This document shows, one piece after another, positions 1 to 9,400 of a stretch of 64,000 bases of DNA (position 1 is its first letter; every line of letters starts with the position of its first letter). Below the pieces are notes generated by a model. It saw only the letters and a program-made list of their open reading frames with translations. It was not told the origin of the DNA and did no database searches. A program made the position numbers and the translations under genes. The DNA is from Caldisericota bacterium (lineage in GTDB: Bacteria > Caldisericota > JANLFM01): positions 16,183-80,182 of the forward strand of contig JANLFM010000006.1 of the NCBI GenBank assembly GCA_024655865.1, given 5' to 3'.

Positions 1-645
1 CAGAGGAACCTTAGAGAAGAGGAGAAAAAAGGAAGAACCCAAAAGATATGAGAGCGTTACTGCCGAGTCAAGGCTATTCCTCAAGGCCAAAAAGATTGCC
101 CCAAGCAAAATGGCAAGAAGGGAATAGCTTCCCAGCGCCTGGTTCCCGGAACTTAAAAGGAAGAGCTCATACCATGATTTTGCCCGGATAACCGTTTGAC
201 CGGTCTCCTCCAGTGAAGGCCAGCTATAGCTTAACGCTCCCGGAAAAATAAAAAAGATAAGGATTAAGGCCAGGATCAGGGGTGAAAAAATGCTTCTCCC
301 CAACCCTCCAGGGATTGTTTTCCCTAAAAGGACAGTAAGTGCGGCCACAAGCACCGGGATGTAAAGGGGGGCTGAAGGAGGAAGAACAAGGGCCGAAAGC
401 ATGCCCATGGATATAGCCCAGCCGTCGTCCAGGGAGAAACTTTGAGAGAGGGCAAAAGAAAAAACTATCTCTGCACAAGCCGCCCCCAGGGCAGAGATCA
501 AGAGGAAAAGGAGAGAGGGCCCGATGCCGTAAGAAAGGGCTCCGGCCACAAAAGCCGGGGCTAAGGCCACGATCAAATCCCAGTTGCTCTTATAGTAGTT
601 CTTCCCAAAAATGTGAGGGGGGAAAGCAGTGGACCTTTTTCTCAT
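1..645 (-). CDS. rnfD: RnfD/RsxD-family membrane subunit, divergent, partial (runs off the left edge)
   Basis: Not in the ORF track. Hand-translated from the ATG at 645, which overlaps the rnfC stop (ATGA): MRKRSTAFPPHIFG...DLIVALAPAFVAG...GRSIFSPLILA...LGSYSLLAILLGAIFL. This matches RnfD blocks (PH, ALxP, GxNIFNPA, GExSxLAxLLGG). The translated segments at both ends are in the same frame, which reaches base 1. Confidence 0.8.
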   Translation of the reverse strand, partial: MRKRSTAFPPHIFGKNYYKSNWDLIVALAPAFVAGALSYGIGPSLLFLLISALGAACAEIVFSFALSQSFSLDDGWAISMGMLSALVLPPSAPLYIPVLVAALTVLLGKTIPGGLGRSIFSPLILALILIFFIFPGALSYSWPSLEETGQTVIRAKSWYELFLLSSGNQALGSYSLLAILLGAIFLALRNSLDSAVTLSYLLGSSFFLLFSKVPL

Positions 646-1904
646 TTCACCAGCCTTTCCCGCGCCCTTTTCAGATACTTCTGATGAGGGATGTGAGCCG
701 GGCAAATATACGAACAAGTGCCACAGAAGATGCAATTTTCCGCGCCCAGGTCGTCCAGCGCCTTCCAGTTCCGGGACTTGACCGCCTCACAGATAAAGAC
801 AGGATAAAGCCCCATGGGGCAAGAATCGATGCAGGAGCCACAGAGAATGCAACTTGTTTCCAGGAAAGGATTTCTTTCGGGGAGAAAAACAAAGCCCCTG
901 CTGTAACGGGTGATGGGTACTTCCAGAGAATTTATCACTTGCCCTCTTAAGGGACCGCCCATAATGATCATCCCTGGTTCCACGGTGAAGCCGTCACATT
1001 GAGCTACCAGTTCCTCAAGCATGGTCCCTATCCTTACCCTTATATTTTGGGGATTTCTAATAGCCGGACCGGTTATGGTCACCACTTTTTCCATAAAGGG
1101 TTGGCGTAAGACTACTGCTTCATGAGAATAAACTGCCAGGGGGAGGTCAATGATCAAGGAATTTTCTTCAGGAACCCCGAGTATCTTTCTTATGAGCACA
1201 GGGTGATCCAGGGGATAGCGGGGCGGAAAAACTTCTAAGGAGATTTGTTTCTTAGCAAAAATCAGGTCACCGAGGTCCTCCAGGATTCCCTTATTCTCGG
1301 TGGAGATCACCAGGATCGCCCTCTCTGCCTCAACAGCCTGGACGAGAAACTCGATTCCCAAAAGGAGCTCCTTGGGTTTCTCTTCCAGGAGGCGCTGGGT
1401 GGAGGTCAGGTAGGGCTCAAGCTCGCAACCATTTACGATCAGGGTGAGAGGGGCGCTTTTCCCAATTAACTCCAGATCCAGGTTTACAACGCCCATGCGG
1501 TAAAGGAGAGAGCGCAGTTCGTCAGGGGAAAACTCCGTCTTGGCCATAGTAATGGGCAAAAGGAGCTCATCCTTCCTGGGCATAATCACGATCGTTTCCA
1601 CCGGTTCCGCGGACCATGGGACCACCGACTTCTCGACTGCCACGACCTCGCCCCATACCGGAGAAAAGAGCGGAAGCGATTCCTTCTCAGAGGGTGCGGC
1701 CACTTGCTGCCCCCTTTTTACGGAACTCCCGGGGCGAACCAGGGGCTTCAGAGGAATGGTATTTGCCCTTTCTTGCAGGGGCAGACAGACCTTTTGAGGA
1801 AGGGCTGAGGGGCGAATCAGTTTGTCAATAGTGGCATCCTGGCGTAAGGGGATCCATACGCCCTGAGGGAAAAATCTGGATTCTGACCTTCCTCTTTTCA
1901 GCAA
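642..1904 (-). CDS. rnfC: RnfC/RsxC-like electron transport subunit (divergent nucleotide-binding loop)
   Basis: N-terminal sandwich-barrel segment (LVRPGSSVKRGQ, SPVWGEV), NGCELEPYLT, SLBB (VRIGT, MGGPLRG) and two CxxCxxCxxxCP clusters at the C-terminus; followed by rnfD. Confidence 0.85.
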   Translation of the reverse strand: MLKRGRSESRFFPQGVWIPLRQDATIDKLIRPSALPQKVCLPLQERANTIPLKPLVRPGSSVKRGQQVAAPSEKESLPLFSPVWGEVVAVEKSVVPWSAEPVETIVIMPRKDELLLPITMAKTEFSPDELRSLLYRMGVVNLDLELIGKSAPLTLIVNGCELEPYLTSTQRLLEEKPKELLLGIEFLVQAVEAERAILVISTENKGILEDLGDLIFAKKQISLEVFPPRYPLDHPVLIRKILGVPEENSLIIDLPLAVYSHEAVVLRQPFMEKVVTITGPAIRNPQNIRVRIGTMLEELVAQCDGFTVEPGMIIMGGPLRGQVINSLEVPITRYSRGFVFLPERNPFLETSCILCGSCIDSCPMGLYPVFICEAVKSRNWKALDDLGAENCIFCGTCSYICPAHIPHQKYLKRARERLVK

Positions 1905-2905
1905 ATCCTCGGTAGTTGCTCCCCTGAGAGAGGGGCAAGCACCCTTCGTCCTCCAATCCGAGTGGAGAGCAGTGCCACTCCTTCAGGTTTTTCCAAGCAT
2001 TCACCGATGAGCGTTGCCTGGGTACCCAGGGGGTGTCCTTTTAGTACGGTGAGCGCCTTCTCCGCATTCTTTTTCGGAAGTATAATTACCATTCGGCCCT
2101 CACAGGCTAAATAAAGGGGATCAAGACCGAGCATGTCACAGGCAGCGCGAACGGTTTCCCCTATGGGAATTTTATCCTCTTCCGCCTGAAGGCACAATCC
2201 CGATTCCCGGGCCAGCTCAGCAAGGGTTGTTGCCAGACCACCCCTTGTAGGATCCCTCATAGCGTTTATTTTTAACCCCGCTTTAACCAAGGAATCAATC
2301 AAAGGCCAGACCGGAGCGCAGTCGCTTTGAAGCTCTAAGTTGCGAAAGAAGCTTTCTCTGGCCTGGAGTACAGCCATTCCGTGTTCTCCAATTGGCCCGG
2401 TCACTAAAATGGCATCTCCAGGCGAGATCAGTGCCGGTTGGGGATCAGGAATTTGCCTCCTTACGCCTATGGCGCTTGTGGAGATATAAAGTTTGTCCCC
2501 TGCCCCCTTTTCCACGACCTTTGTATCCCCGGTTACTAAAGCCACTCCCGCTTCCTTGCAGGTTCTGCTCATCGATTCCAATACCCTATCCAGCTCCTCC
2601 ACCTCAAGCCCTTCTTCCAAAATCAGCGAGGCGGAAAGGAAAAGCGGCTCAGCGGCCACGGCTGCCAGATCGTTGATTGAGCCGGAAACAGCCAATTTCC
2701 CGATATCTCCTCCAGGAAAGAAAATGGGGTGTACAACGAAAGCGTCTGTCGTAAAGGCGAGTCTACCTGAGCACTCTAAAAGAGCGCTGTCTAAGAGTTG
2801 CTTCAAGGGAGCGGAATCAAATCTGGGCAGGATGTGGCGTTCGATCAAATCCTGAGTTGGCCTTCCTCCGCTTCCGTGCGCCAGCGTGATAATTTCCTTT
2901 TTCAT
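1898..2905 (-). CDS. hypE: Hydrogenase maturation carbamoyl dehydratase HypE
   Basis: ITLAHGSGG, GGDIGKLAV, MRDPTRGG and C-terminal PRIC. Start moved to the ATG at 2905, which overlaps the hypD stop. Confidence 0.96.
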   Translation of the reverse strand: MKKEIITLAHGSGGRPTQDLIERHILPRFDSAPLKQLLDSALLECSGRLAFTTDAFVVHPIFFPGGDIGKLAVSGSINDLAAVAAEPLFLSASLILEEGLEVEELDRVLESMSRTCKEAGVALVTGDTKVVEKGAGDKLYISTSAIGVRRQIPDPQPALISPGDAILVTGPIGEHGMAVLQARESFFRNLELQSDCAPVWPLIDSLVKAGLKINAMRDPTRGGLATTLAELARESGLCLQAEEDKIPIGETVRAACDMLGLDPLYLACEGRMVIILPKKNAEKALTVLKGHPLGTQATLIGECLEKPEGVALLSTRIGGRRVLAPLSGEQLPRIC

Positions 2906-3966
2906 GGGTGCTCCTCGTAATGATAGGCTGCCGCGCAGGAACCCTCGGAAGAAACCATGCACGGTCCTACCGGAGAATCTGGAGTGCAGACCCTGCCAAA
3001 AAGAGGGCACTCCTGAGGGCTAATTACCCCTCTTAAGACCTCCCCGCAGCCGCACGCCGGGTATTCTCTGGAGCCCATGATCTTCAGGGGGAACCTGCGC
3101 CTGGCGTCAAAATCCCAATAGGGATGACGAAGTGCCAGACCGCTTTCCGGGATAATCCCGAGCCCTCTCCAATTGGCCTCCTGGGGCTCAAAAACCTCTT
3201 CCATCACCTTCAGGGCCTGGGGATTTCCCTCAGGCCTCACCGCTCTTCGATACTGAATTTCAATATCCGCCCTATCCTCCTTTTTTTGCTTTACAAGCAT
3301 GAAAAGGGCAAGGAGGATATCGTCTGGTTCAAAACCAGTAATTACACCGGGCAAATGGAATTCCTCCTTTAAGAAGAGGAAAGGTTTAGAACCGAGAATG
3401 GCACAGACGTGTCCAGGAAGGATAAAACCGTCGAGTTGAATCTCCTTCAAGGCTAAAAGCGCGCGCATTGCCGGGGGAATAAGCTTATGAAGGACAAGAA
3501 AGGAGAGGTTGGGTATATTTTCCGCCTTTGCTGTCTGTACTGTGCGCGCTATTAAAGGGGCGGTGGTCTCAAAGCCCACGGCCAGAAAGACCACCTCTTC
3601 TTTTGGGTGAGCGCGGGCCAGGTTCAGGGAATCCATTGGAGAATAGACTACCTCCACCTTTCCCCCAGAGGCTCGCGCTTCTAAGAGGCTTGTTTCGGTT
3701 CCCGGAACCCTGACCATGTCACCGAAGGTAGCAACGATTACCCCTGGTTGATGGGCGAGAGCTATGGCGTAATCGATATCCACTTGGGCGGTGACGCATA
3801 CGGGACATCCCGGTCCGGAAATAAGCTTCACGGAATCAGGAAGAAGCTTCTTTAATCCGGAGCGAGCGATGCTCACAGTGTGAGTACCGCAAACCTCCAT
3901 GAAACTGGCGCTCACACCCATTTTTGAAATTTTGCTCAAAACCTCTCTTGGTTCAAGGGATAACAT
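2902..3966 (-). CDS. hypD: Hydrogenase maturation protein HypD
   Basis: MEVCGTHT, GPGCPVC, GFETT and GPCMVSSEGSC motifs. Confidence 0.97.
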   Translation of the reverse strand: MLSLEPREVLSKISKMGVSASFMEVCGTHTVSIARSGLKKLLPDSVKLISGPGCPVCVTAQVDIDYAIALAHQPGVIVATFGDMVRVPGTETSLLEARASGGKVEVVYSPMDSLNLARAHPKEEVVFLAVGFETTAPLIARTVQTAKAENIPNLSFLVLHKLIPPAMRALLALKEIQLDGFILPGHVCAILGSKPFLFLKEEFHLPGVITGFEPDDILLALFMLVKQKKEDRADIEIQYRRAVRPEGNPQALKVMEEVFEPQEANWRGLGIIPESGLALRHPYWDFDARRRFPLKIMGSREYPACGCGEVLRGVISPQECPLFGRVCTPDSPVGPCMVSSEGSCAAAYHYEEHP

Positions 3967-4171
3967 CCGCGTCCTTTAAAAGCTCAAGGGTTTCCCGAGC
4001 CTCTTCTTCCTCAAGCACGGAGATGGCAAAACCCGCGTGCACGATTACGTAATCGCCTACTTGAGCCTCAGGAACGAAATCCGTGCGAATTGTCTGCTTC
4101 AAACCCCCGACCTCTACCAGGGCCTCCTGGTCTTTAATTTCCACAATCTTTACTGGTATTCCTAAGCACAT
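3953..4171 (-). CDS. hypC: Hydrogenase maturation chaperone HypC
   Basis: MCLGIP N-terminus and VGDYVIVHAGFAI. Confidence 0.97.
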   Translation of the reverse strand: MCLGIPVKIVEIKDQEALVEVGGLKQTIRTDFVPEAQVGDYVIVHAGFAISVLEEEEARETLELLKDADVIP

Positions 4172-6426
4172 TTTTCCTCCAATTTAGCACATGCAATTGC
4201 CCCCTGCCCTACGGAAATTGCTCCATCGTTTACGGGCAAGTTCCGAGGCAGCAGGACTTTAAAGCCTTCTTGCTCAAGCATCTCTAAAAGACGGGCAAGA
4301 AGCAAGAGATTCTGAAAGACTCCTCCCGAAAGGACGACCTGGGAAATGGCGTATCTTTCCCTTCCCCATTTACACCCCTCCAGTATTCCTCGGGCAAACG
4401 CCTCGTGAAATGAGAGGGCTAAATCCCGAGGGTTTTCCCCTCTCAGCTTGCGATAAGCGAGCTCCCTAACCATGGGGGCGGGATCGAGCAGAAAACGGTC
4501 TTCCTCCTTGTTGGGAAAATTCAGGGGAATAACGCTCCTTCCTTTTTCCGCTTCTCGCTCCAAAATAATGGCCGCCTGTCCCTCATAGGAGATCTCCCTG
4601 GAGAACCCCAAGATTGCGGAGATGGTGTCGAAGAGGCGACCAGCTGAGGAGGTCTGTGGGGAACCAAATCCCTTTCTCCACTGGGCCTCCAGAACTTTCA
4701 TTCTCTCTTCTCCAATTTCCGGGAAAATTTTTAAAGAAAGCACTGGAGAGCCTCCCTCGGCGTTCAAAAGGTGGCTCACAGCCATCCTCCATGGTTGCCT
4801 GATGGCTTCCTCTCCTCCCAGAAGAGGGAGATAATCAAGGTGACCGAACCTCTTGTAGGACCAGAGGTCGGCGATAAGAAACTCCATTCCCCAGATCGCT
4901 CCGTCATCCCCATATCCTGTCCCATCGCAGGAAACTCCGATCACGGGATGAAAAATGCGGTGCTCGAAGAGCACGGAGGCGATGTGCGCGTGGTGATGTT
5001 GCACGGGAATCTTCATCCCTACATTAAGGGAGAGGGCATACTGGGTCACGATGTACTGAGGATGCAAATCGTAAGCTACAACTTCTGGTTCTATCTGATA
5101 GAGCGCCTTTAAATGCTCAAGCGACGAAAGGAAGTGCTCGTAGCTTTCCCAGTTCTCCAGATCGCCTATGTGGTGGGAGAGAAAAAGGTAGTTTCTTTTG
5201 GTCAACGAGAAGGTGTTCTTCATCTCGGCCCCGGTGGCCAGAATGGAAGGGAAATTTCCCCAAAGCTTAAAGGGGAAGGGCGCGTACCCTCTGGCCCTTC
5301 TTACCATCTGAATTCCCCTGGAGTATGAGCCTAAAACGGAGTCGTCGAGTTTCTGAACGATTTCCCGGTCGTGCCACAGGAAAGCATCCGCAACCGCAGA
5401 AAGTTTACTCAATGCCTCCTCATTTGAAGCTACCAGGGGTTCGCCGCTCTCGTTGGCTGAGGTCATTACCAGGGCCTGAAACTCCTCCAAAAGCAGGTGA
5501 TGCAGCGGAGTGTAAGGGAGCATAATCCCGATTCGGTTATTGTCCGCGGAAAGGGAGGGTGCCAGGGGGGTACCCTCTCTCTTCGGAAGGATCACGATTG
5601 GCCTCCTCCAGCCAGTTAGCTCCCTTTGCGCTTCCTCAGAAACCCAGGCCAGGCTTTGAGCTACTTCCAGCGAGGGAACCATTATGGCCAATGCTTTGCT
5701 GGGCCTACCCTTTCTTTCCCTTAACCTGATCACGGCTTCCTCGTTTGTGGCATCGCAGGCTAAATGAAAACCGCCGAGCCCTTTGATCGCCAGTGTTTTT
5801 CCCTCCCTGAGCAATACTTTGGCGCGCTTTAGGGCTTCTTCCTCGAAAAGAACGCGCTCTCCTTCCTTCAAAGAGAGCTTTGGCCCGCACTTCGGGCAGG
5901 CCACGGGCTGAGCGTGATAGCGGCGATCCCTGATATCGTGATATTCCCGCTCACAGTCCGGGCACATAGGGAACTTCTTCATGGAGGTCCGGGCCCGATC
6001 GTAAGGCAAGGATTCGATAATCGTGAAGCGGGGACCGCAATTTGTACAGTTCAAAAAGGGGTAACGGTATCTCCGATCCGAGGGATCGCGCATTTCCCGC
6101 AAACAGTCCTCGCATGTAGCTACATCAGGGGGTATTAAGGTGATAGGCTCTTCCTCTGTCCGGGAGGAGCGAATTTGAAATTCCGCATAGCCCACGGGCT
6201 CCAGCTCCTCCACCTCCAGAGTCTCAAGGACAGCGAGCGGAGGGGGGTTATCTCTAAGTTCTCTGAGAAAAAATGGGGCCTTCTCCCCTTCCACTTCTAT
6301 CAAGACGCCTGAGGGTGAGTTCAACACCCACCCTTTAAGATTATATTTCAGAGCCAGGTTATGGACATAAGGTCGAAAGCCGACTCCCTGGACCACTCCC
6401 TCGGCCCTGATACGCAGTCTGACCAT
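4162..6426 (-). CDS. hypF: Carbamoyltransferase HypF
   Basis: Acylphosphatase GVVQGVGFRP, zinc fingers (CxxC..CTNCGPR, CPDC..CPKCGP), QHHHAH and DGTGYG. Confidence 0.97.
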   Translation of the reverse strand: MVRLRIRAEGVVQGVGFRPYVHNLALKYNLKGWVLNSPSGVLIEVEGEKAPFFLRELRDNPPPLAVLETLEVEELEPVGYAEFQIRSSRTEEEPITLIPPDVATCEDCLREMRDPSDRRYRYPFLNCTNCGPRFTIIESLPYDRARTSMKKFPMCPDCEREYHDIRDRRYHAQPVACPKCGPKLSLKEGERVLFEEEALKRAKVLLREGKTLAIKGLGGFHLACDATNEEAVIRLRERKGRPSKALAIMVPSLEVAQSLAWVSEEAQRELTGWRRPIVILPKREGTPLAPSLSADNNRIGIMLPYTPLHHLLLEEFQALVMTSANESGEPLVASNEEALSKLSAVADAFLWHDREIVQKLDDSVLGSYSRGIQMVRRARGYAPFPFKLWGNFPSILATGAEMKNTFSLTKRNYLFLSHHIGDLENWESYEHFLSSLEHLKALYQIEPEVVAYDLHPQYIVTQYALSLNVGMKIPVQHHHAHIASVLFEHRIFHPVIGVSCDGTGYGDDGAIWGMEFLIADLWSYKRFGHLDYLPLLGGEEAIRQPWRMAVSHLLNAEGGSPVLSLKIFPEIGEERMKVLEAQWRKGFGSPQTSSAGRLFDTISAILGFSREISYEGQAAIILEREAEKGRSVIPLNFPNKEEDRFLLDPAPMVRELAYRKLRGENPRDLALSFHEAFARGILEGCKWGRERYAISQVVLSGGVFQNLLLLARLLEMLEQEGFKVLLPRNLPVNDGAISVGQGAIACAKLEEKCA

Positions 6427-6433
6427 TTTTAAA

Positions 6434-6442
6434 ATTATATCA
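6434..6442 (-). promoter_or_regulatory. Extended -10 promoter (TGATATAAT) 7 nt upstream of the hypF ATG; probable leaderless transcript
   Basis: Minus strand reads TGATATAAT-TTTAAAA-ATG with no Shine-Dalgarno. Confidence 0.6.
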
Positions 6443-6460
6443 TATAAAAAGTTGTCCTTG

Positions 6461-9400
6461 CTATTTCAGGGGGAGGGTAAGAGAAACCGTGGTCCCCTTC
6501 CCTACCTGGCTCTCGATCCTGACTTCCCCTTGGTGGGCATCAAGGATTAGCTTGGTAATGTGCAGGCCGAGTCCGGTACCGGAAATGATGGCTTTAGAGC
6601 CGTGGGTTGAACGGAAAAACTTCTCAAAAATATGAGGCAGGTCCTCAGAGGGAATTCCCATTCCCTGGTCCTGAACTTTCAATATAGCCTTATCATTCTC
6701 CTTGGTTAGCTGAACCTTGATCGTGCCAGCCCCGAGGGAAAACTTTATAGCATTAGATAGGATGTTAGTCACGGCGAGGCGCATCAGGAACTGGTCCATT
6801 TTTACGAAAACGGGTTCCTCAGGAAGATCAAGCTCCACATTTATATTCTTTTCCCGGGCATATAGCTCAATAAAGTCCACTTCCTCCCTGACAATCCTGC
6901 TTAAGTCCTCCTTGCGAAGTTCCAGCGTGGTCAGGGATTCCTTTTTGGAGGCAATAAGCAAATTATCCACAAGGATGGCTAACCTCCTGAGGTTACGCTC
7001 CAAGACCTTAGCATATTCCCACATTTTCTCCCCAGTTTGCTTCCCGGAGCTCATAAACTCCAAAGCGGACATGGAGATCATCAATGGGGTTTTAAACTCG
7101 TGGGAGATGGTGTAGAGGAAATCCTCTTTGACCTGGGCCAGCTCTCTGATAGTCTCCACATCCCGCTCCAGTTGCCGCACTATTTCCTCTTTTTCCTTAA
7201 AAAGCAGGGCGTTTTCCACGGCGATTGAGGCTTGTTGAGCGAAAAGCCAGAGAGCTTCCTGGGCATCGGTTCCAAAAGCATCCTCCCTCTCATGATTTTC
7301 TAAACTGAAATATCCGAAAAGCTGCCCGTGGGCATAAATGGGAGCAGAAAGAAGCACTTTTATTTTTTGTAGTCCGCCTATCTCTTCCAACTGCTTTTTG
7401 ATAGTCTCTGGCAGATCTTGGCGCATGAGCTCCTCGCCCTTTGTTAAAACCGCCCTGTTTGCCGTCAACTTACGGGAAACAACGTTCTGAGGTAGCTTGA
7501 TTCCCCTTAGCTTCTGGAAATCGTAGCCCACCGCCTCCTTATAGAGGAAGTGATCGTTCTCTTTGACTAAGATGGAGCCTGTCTGGGCTCCGGGAACGAC
7601 CTGAACTGCCATCCTCAGGAGCTCCTTCAATAACTCGTCGATCTCGATTTTCTGGGAAATGTTTCTCAGCGCGGTGTTCAGGATTTCCATCAGTTTCCTT
7701 CTCTTCTCTACTTCCAGGTAGAGTCTGTTGTTTTCCAGGGCTACGGCTACGCTGGAGGCGAACGTGGAAAGCATTTCCAGATCCTTTTCCCCGAACTGAT
7801 TTAAGCCCATCTTCACCACTGAGATCACGCCGGTTGCCCTGTCTTTAACCTTCAAGGGGACCGCCATAAAGGATTCATCAATGATGGGGGTTCCTTGAAT
7901 GTGATGGCTCCTGGGATCGCGATCGGCATCGTTTAAAATCAGGGGTTCTCCAGTTTGGGCTACTAACCCTGCTAACCCCTGCCCCACCTTTTTGGGAAGC
8001 CTCTGAGGGAACTCTTCCTCGGGAAAGTTCAAATAATCGGGCCGATAGCGCCAGTAAAGAGGAGTCATTTCCCCGTCCCGCACCTCATAGATGATCACTC
8101 CCTGAGCATCCAAAAGCTGGCGCAGAGTGCTTACTGCTTGCTCCAGCGCAGCATTAATGTCCAAACCCGACACCAGGTCCAGAGAGGAGCGGTGGATGAA
8201 CTCCAGATCACGCAGGCGCTGCCTTAAAATCTCCTCCAGGCGCAGGCGAGCAAGGCCCATGCTCAGATATTGGGCCACAGTGCCCAGGAAGACCTTATCC
8301 TCCTCTTTGAACATACCTTCATGGGCAGAAAAGAGGCAGAGCATCCCTACCAGGTCTCCGGCCTGGATCAAGGGAAAGCCCAAGTAGGAGCCAATTTTAA
8401 TTCCTTCCTTCTCCAATTTGGAAAAATGAGACTCTTCTCCCTCAAGAAGGACGCTTGCTTGCGCTTCGTGGATGGGTTGAAATAGCCAGTACTCCTTTTT
8501 GGAAGCAGGCATTTTCTCCCAGGCGGAAGGAAGGATGGTCTTAAAGGAGAACTTCTCCCCTTTTTCTCCATAAAAAACCAGGGCTCCACCCTCGGCCCGG
8601 AAATATGAAACCACCTTTTCCAGGAGGTTCTGAAGGACTGAGTCTGCTCCCTGAAGGTCAAGCATGCGGCTCATATCCCGAGAGACATCGAATAAGAGGG
8701 CGATCTGCGCTGACCTTCTTTCTCTCTCCTGAGCAATAATCTTTTCCTCGGTAATATCAGCATAGAGGCCGATAACGAATTCTGGCTTCGGTCTTTGGCC
8801 CTTCACAGGAAAAATGGTAATCCGCAACCATTTTTTAGGCCTTCCGGGAAGGAGCACATGGCGCAGAGAGGAGAAGTCATACTCTACTTCCGTCTGAAGT
8901 TGTGTTCCTTCCTCAAATACCTTCATGATTTCCTTCGTTAGGCCTTGTGCGCTCAGAACCTCGTCCCGGAAGATATTGTATTTTCCCAGAAGCACGGTGT
9001 CCCTTTCCAGGGCGAAAAGCTGCATCGCCGCCTGGTTTAAACGGATAGCGGTTCCCAATCGATCAAAGACCAGAATCCCCTCAGGAGACTGATCGATGAT
9101 GGCTGAGAGAAACTGATAAGAGGATTCCAGAGCTTGTCTCTGCCGGGCAAGCTGGGTGATATCAAGAAGAATCACCGCAATCTGACCTTCAGCTCGTGAA
9201 GGTTGCCTCCAGAAAAAGGCCCGGACCCACTTCATAGTTTTGTCGTGTTCCAGAGGGAATTCCGTCTCGAAATCCTGCTTCTGGGAGCTAAGGAAGTTCT
9301 CCAGTTTTCGCTTGACCTCTTCTCGATATTCTCGTGGAAGGAGCTTGAGCCAGTCTTTGCTATTGAGGTAGTTCTCCCATTCAATTCCCTGGGAGGAGGC

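Noticed and set aside
224..478. 84-aa minus-strand ORF in the track
   Set aside because: It lies out of frame inside the rnfD reading frame that starts at 645.
2906..3010. 35-aa N-terminal extension of HypE in the ORF track
   Set aside because: It overlaps the conserved hypD 3' end; the ATGA-coupled start at 2905 matches HypE homologs.
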